From contig JBJXGI010000059.1 in NCBI GenBank assembly GCA_046153645.1, forward strand, positions 1 to 19,832: a stretch of DNA of 19,832 nt, read 5' to 3'. Positions 17,221 through 19,832 of this stretch are shown piece by piece (the first letter of the stretch is position 1; the number at the start of each line of letters is the position of its first letter). This stretch comes from Elusimicrobiota bacterium. Its GTDB lineage: Bacteria; Elusimicrobiota; Elusimicrobia; F11. Both the position numbers and the translations under genes were made by a program. The notes under the pieces are model-generated. The model worked only from the letters and a program-made list of their open reading frames with translations, was not told where the DNA came from and ran no database searches.

Positions 17221-17345
17221 AAATTATATTGCAATTTATATATATAGAATAAATGATTGGTTAACACATAAACCGCCAGCCACAGGCAGGTAATGCAATT
17301 GAAGAGGGCGCCGGCTTGGTTGAAATCTAGGTTAGTAGGGGACAA
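17217..17345 (-). CDS. Small 42-aa ORF with one hydrophobic helix; possible remnant of a 7TM-kinase 5' end
   Basis: TTG directly after the regulator's TGA. Product (M)SPTNLDFNQAGALFNCITCLWLAVYVLTNHLFYIYKLQYNL. Its TGA overlaps the next ATG (ATGA). No clear SD. Confidence 0.35.
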   Translation of the reverse strand: MSPTNLDFNQAGALFNCITCLWLAVYVLTNHLFYIYKLQYNL

Positions 17346-18032
17346 TCAGTCTTCGTCGGCTTCGAAACGGTAGCCAATTCCTTTCAAACTTTTGATCCAT
17401 TCACCGTATTTTCCTATCTTTCGGCGGATCTGGTCGACATGAACATCAATGGTGCGAGTGGAGCCCGTGTATTCAATGCCCCAAATGGCTTCTGATATGA
17501 CAGGTCTGGTTAAAACACGCCCTTTTCGTTGCATGAAATAGCCCAGGAGTTGAAATTCTTTGGGTGTAAAAACAACATTTTTATTATTGACCGTGACATT
17601 GTAGCTTGAAAAATCAAGCGTGATAGGACCGGCATGGACGCGTTCAGTGGCAGGTTCATTAAAGTTTCTTCTCAAAACGGTTTTTAGGCGAGCTAACAAT
17701 TCGCGCTTACGAAATGGCTTTGAAATATAGTCTTCCGCTCCCATTTCAAGACCCACCACGACATCGGTTTCATCGGCTTTAACGCTGATCATTATAATGG
17801 GAATATTTTGTGTTTTAGGATCACTTTTAAGTTTCTTGCATACTTGAAACCCGTCTATTTCAGGAAGTCGAATATCGAGCAAAATAATATCGGGTGGGTT
17901 TGCTTGAATTTTTCGAATTCCATCTACAGGGTGTTCAGCCGAAACAACGGTATAACCTTCCGATTGCAATAAATCGGTGGCTATTTTGATCATATCTGGT
18001 TCGTCATCGATGATAAAAACGCGTGGATTCAA
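17346..18032 (-). CDS. OmpR/PhoB-family DNA-binding response regulator
   Basis: REC domain (IIDDE, LLDIRLP, GAEDYISKPF) plus winged helix (FTPKEFQLL, TRTIDVHVDQIRRKIG, IKSLKGIGYRF). TTG start. Confidence 0.93.
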   Translation of the reverse strand: MNPRVFIIDDEPDMIKIATDLLQSEGYTVVSAEHPVDGIRKIQANPPDIILLDIRLPEIDGFQVCKKLKSDPKTQNIPIIMISVKADETDVVVGLEMGAEDYISKPFRKRELLARLKTVLRRNFNEPATERVHAGPITLDFSSYNVTVNNKNVVFTPKEFQLLGYFMQRKGRVLTRPVISEAIWGIEYTGSTRTIDVHVDQIRRKIGKYGEWIKSLKGIGYRFEADED

Positions 18033-18045
18033 GGTATTAGCCTAA

Positions 18046-18062
18046 TGCAACTGGTTTGCCAG
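18046..18062 (-). promoter_or_regulatory. Candidate sigma54 (-24/-12) promoter upstream of the response regulator
   Basis: Minus strand CTGGCAAACCAGTTGCA = TGGCA-N6-TTGCA with exact GG-N10-GC spacing, in a 49-nt intergenic gap. Confidence 0.45.
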
Positions 18063-18081
18063 AGGAGATTTTGAAAACGTT

Positions 18082-18651
18082 TCATTCCGAAATATTTTTG
18101 GCTTCTTTGCAAAAAGCCTGATAGGCGGTAGGGTTAATAGCGGAAAATAAAACCGCTTCAATTTTTGTTCGTCGACGGTGAAAATATTGGTTAACTTCTT
18201 CCATCATGTATTTGGCAACGGCTTCAAACGGAGGCGATACTTCAGCAGACCCCAATAAAGGAAATGCAATCGATTTTAACCTTAAAAATTCTGCATATCG
18301 AATGGTGCGGTCCACCGCTTGTTGAATGACCCGTTTCATTTTTTCGGGGTCTTTTTCGCCCATAAGTACCGTCATAAAAATATATTTAACATTGAGTTTT
18401 CCCCCTGGAAATACCACAACTTTTCCAAAGGACTCATGGGTTTGAGGTTTTTCTTGACTTATTTGTTGGCCAGCGGCATGTGAAACAATCCGAGCCAAAC
18501 CCGAATTGAGACTAAATTTTTGATCGACAGGACAAACCAACGCATCAGCTTTCAGGGTAAGAATATCGCCTTTATGAAGAGACAACTTTCCATCTCCAAT
18601 ATGAAGCTGGACTGTTCCGCCTTCATCTGTAAGACGAATTTTTTGAGCCAT
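18082..18651 (-). CDS. Macro-domain protein with degenerate catalytic loops
   Basis: LSLHKGDILTLKADALV...AAG, GKVVVFPGGKLNVKYIF, LKSIAFPLLG follow the MacroD layout. ATG 18651 lies 2 nt after the PilZ stop and is preferred over 18735. Confidence 0.82.
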   Translation of the reverse strand: MAQKIRLTDEGGTVQLHIGDGKLSLHKGDILTLKADALVCPVDQKFSLNSGLARIVSHAAGQQISQEKPQTHESFGKVVVFPGGKLNVKYIFMTVLMGEKDPEKMKRVIQQAVDRTIRYAEFLRLKSIAFPLLGSAEVSPPFEAVAKYMMEEVNQYFHRRRTKIEAVLFSAINPTAYQAFCKEAKNISE

Positions 18652-18653
18652 TT

Positions 18654-19127
18654 TTATTTTGGCACGTGGGACTTGGGATGTTTTAGTTTGGCTGGTTTTT
18701 CGCAGAGATCCCAGTAAGAACAGCCATGAAAACAAATGGTGGGCGCTTTTTCTTTGATTCTATTTTCACATTCCCAATAAGCCTCGCCCATATGGATCAG
18801 TTGCTTCGAATGATCGGAATCAATCTTTGTAAATTCAATACCAATGGCAGAAGTGCTTTCTTTCGGGCGAGACCATGCCAGTCGGCCTTCTACTTCAAAA
18901 CGGTCGAAACCGGGTAAATGCATGGTGAGTTTTAAATTAGGTTTTCCATCGATCACTCCCATTAACACCAAATCCATTCCGCCGGCAGATAAATTGGTGA
19001 CCACTCCAGGAACGGTTCTATGTGATTTTCCATGGTTATCCATGATGGCAAGTTCAATGGGTTCTGCTAAATCTTTAATGACAGGAAGGCGTTTATGCTT
19101 GCGGCGTTCATCGTGTTTGAGTGTCAT
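18654..19127 (-). CDS. PilZ-domain (c-di-GMP-binding) protein with Cys4 C-terminal extension
   Basis: ERRKHKR (RxxxR), NLSAGG ([DN]xSxxG), VEGRLAW, IGIEF. The tail is C-x11-C-x3-C-x5-C. SD-like AAGAGGGG before ATG. Confidence 0.88.
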   Translation of the reverse strand: MTLKHDERRKHKRLPVIKDLAEPIELAIMDNHGKSHRTVPGVVTNLSAGGMDLVLMGVIDGKPNLKLTMHLPGFDRFEVEGRLAWSRPKESTSAIGIEFTKIDSDHSKQLIHMGEAYWECENRIKEKAPTICFHGCSYWDLCEKPAKLKHPKSHVPK

Positions 19128-19281
19128 TGTCCCCTCTTCTAAGAGTTGTTAAAAGCAAGTTTGAAGTAATTTACTTCGAGAAAATTACTAAATGAATGAT
19201 TTTCACGCAATAGAAAATAACTGTCCCCGAGTTCAAAGTGTTAGTGCAACACCTATAAAGGAAAGAGTATCTGGCTGAATT

Positions 19282-19333
19282 CGTCACCCCCGGCTTGCCC
19301 GCCACGTTGCTTGTCGGGCAAGCCGGGATGACG
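19282..19333. repeat. GC-rich palindromic element (REP/RPE-like hairpin)
   Basis: CCCGGCTTGCCCG (19289-19301) pairs perfectly with CGGGCAAGCCGGG (19315-19327), and the outer CGTCA/TGACG also pair. No U-tract on either side. Confidence 0.6.
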
Positions 19334-19429
19334 GCCTAAAGTGCATTTCGTAACAGTCCCTACCGCTCCTTACAATTAATTGACACAAGATTGATTTGAT
19401 TTAACAATTCGTTTCGTAAAGTTTTGTTA

Positions 19430-19832
19430 ATGAAAAAAAGTGTTCTAATCTTTATTTTATCAACCATGACCAGTATCACCGCGCAAGCCCGTTATTATGA
19501 CCCCACCCAGGGACGCTTTCTTACTCCTGATATTATTGTTGAAGAGCCAAGTGATCCCCAATCTCTTAATCGGTATTCTTATGTTCGAAATAACCCCATT
19601 AATTTTAACGATCCACTGGGTTTATGGCGCGTTGGGTTAAGTTTTCATTTGGGACTCGGAGGTCATTTTTTCTACGATTCAGATAATGGTCGAATAAAAG
19701 GTGGCCTTGGGGCGGGGTTAGGTATGAGTGCCGGGTTTGGAAATAGTAATTGGGACATTGGGTTTTCAAATGATAATTATGTCGATTTTGGCTACGATAA
19801 TAAATTGATGAGTGGTTATATCCAAGGAAAAT
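19430..19832 (+). CDS. Signal peptide + Rhs repeat-associated core + variable C-terminal domain (partial, runs off the right edge)
   Basis: Absent from the ORF track. Hand translation: MKKSVLIFILSTMTSITAQA-RYYDPTQGRFLTPD...PQSLNRYSYVRNNPINFNDPLG-LWRVGLSFHLGLGG..., with the PxxxxDPxG motif ending at 19621. An in-frame TGA at 19397-19399 closes the frame upstream. Confidence 0.85.
   Translation, partial: MKKSVLIFILSTMTSITAQARYYDPTQGRFLTPDIIVEEPSDPQSLNRYSYVRNNPINFNDPLGLWRVGLSFHLGLGGHFFYDSDNGRIKGGLGAGLGMSAGFGNSNWDIGFSNDNYVDFGYDNKLMSGYIQGK

Noticed and set aside
4333..18084. Genome-wide TGA recoding (code 4 or 25), suggested because the TGAs at 5008, 17346 and 18082 are each followed by an open frame ending near the next gene
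   Set aside because: All long AT-rich ORFs, including the >1056-codon one, are open without internal TGA. The regulator and macro proteins end at natural family boundaries.
17337..19135. 10-bp inverted repeat AGGGGACAAT (17337-17346) / ATTGTCCCCT (19126-19135) bracketing the regulator-macro-PilZ block as an invertible or mobile unit
   Set aside because: It does not extend, one arm is simply the PilZ SD and start, no recombinase is present, and 10-bp matches are expected by chance in 20 kb.
3892..19152. Other short overlapping ORFs (e.g. 3892-4092, 4046-4399, 6016-6291, 6550-6856, 9968-10171, 10964-11227, 11724-11975, 12342-12626, 12999-13524, 16611-16913, 18520-19152)
   Set aside because: They lie wholly or largely within well-supported genes in other frames and have no domain signatures.
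19282..19333. Hairpin as an intrinsic terminator
   Set aside because: No U-tract on either strand, and the flanking genes are divergent.
19128..19429. c-di-GMP-I riboswitch, prompted by GGCCTAAA near 19333-19340 and nearby PilZ genes
   Set aside because: The upstream GCAAA...GAAA tetraloop...GCAAAGC elements are not present in the required order.
1..19832. CRISPR array, tRNA, rRNA, transposase or integrase
   Set aside because: No regularly spaced repeats, cloverleaf or rRNA-like sequence, or recombinase motifs seen. Intergenic gaps are mostly too short.

Overview
Low-GC bacterial (diderm, standard code 11) window. The centre is a minus-strand, tightly packed signalling cluster (about 7.9-19.1 kb). 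In transcription order it encodes a PilZ protein with a Cys4 tail, a divergent macrodomain, an OmpR/PhoB-type regulator, a 42-codon membrane ORF, a frameshifted HisKA_7TM-type kinase, a second such kinase, a PilZ-like::HMG-CoA-reductase-like fusion, a 7TM-GAF receptor with no kinase, a FadL/TodX-family outer-membrane channel, a terminator and a third 7TM kinase. My leading hypothesis (inference) is an undescribed lipid-signal synthase/channel/multi-receptor system in which the HMGR fold has been repurposed. The left part holds a >1056-aa secreted beta-helix repeat protein missing from the ORF track, an MntA-type nucleotidyltransferase whose HepT partner appears internally deleted, a single-domain receiver, a GT2 glycosyltransferase with a probable premature TGA, an AAA_14/DUF4143 ATPase, a transglutaminase-like/TPR protein and a lipoprotein. 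At the right edge, a signal peptide is fused directly to a minimal Rhs core (also missing from the ORF track). I saw no rRNA, tRNA, CRISPR array or transposase. All family calls come from motif recognition by eye, not database searches.
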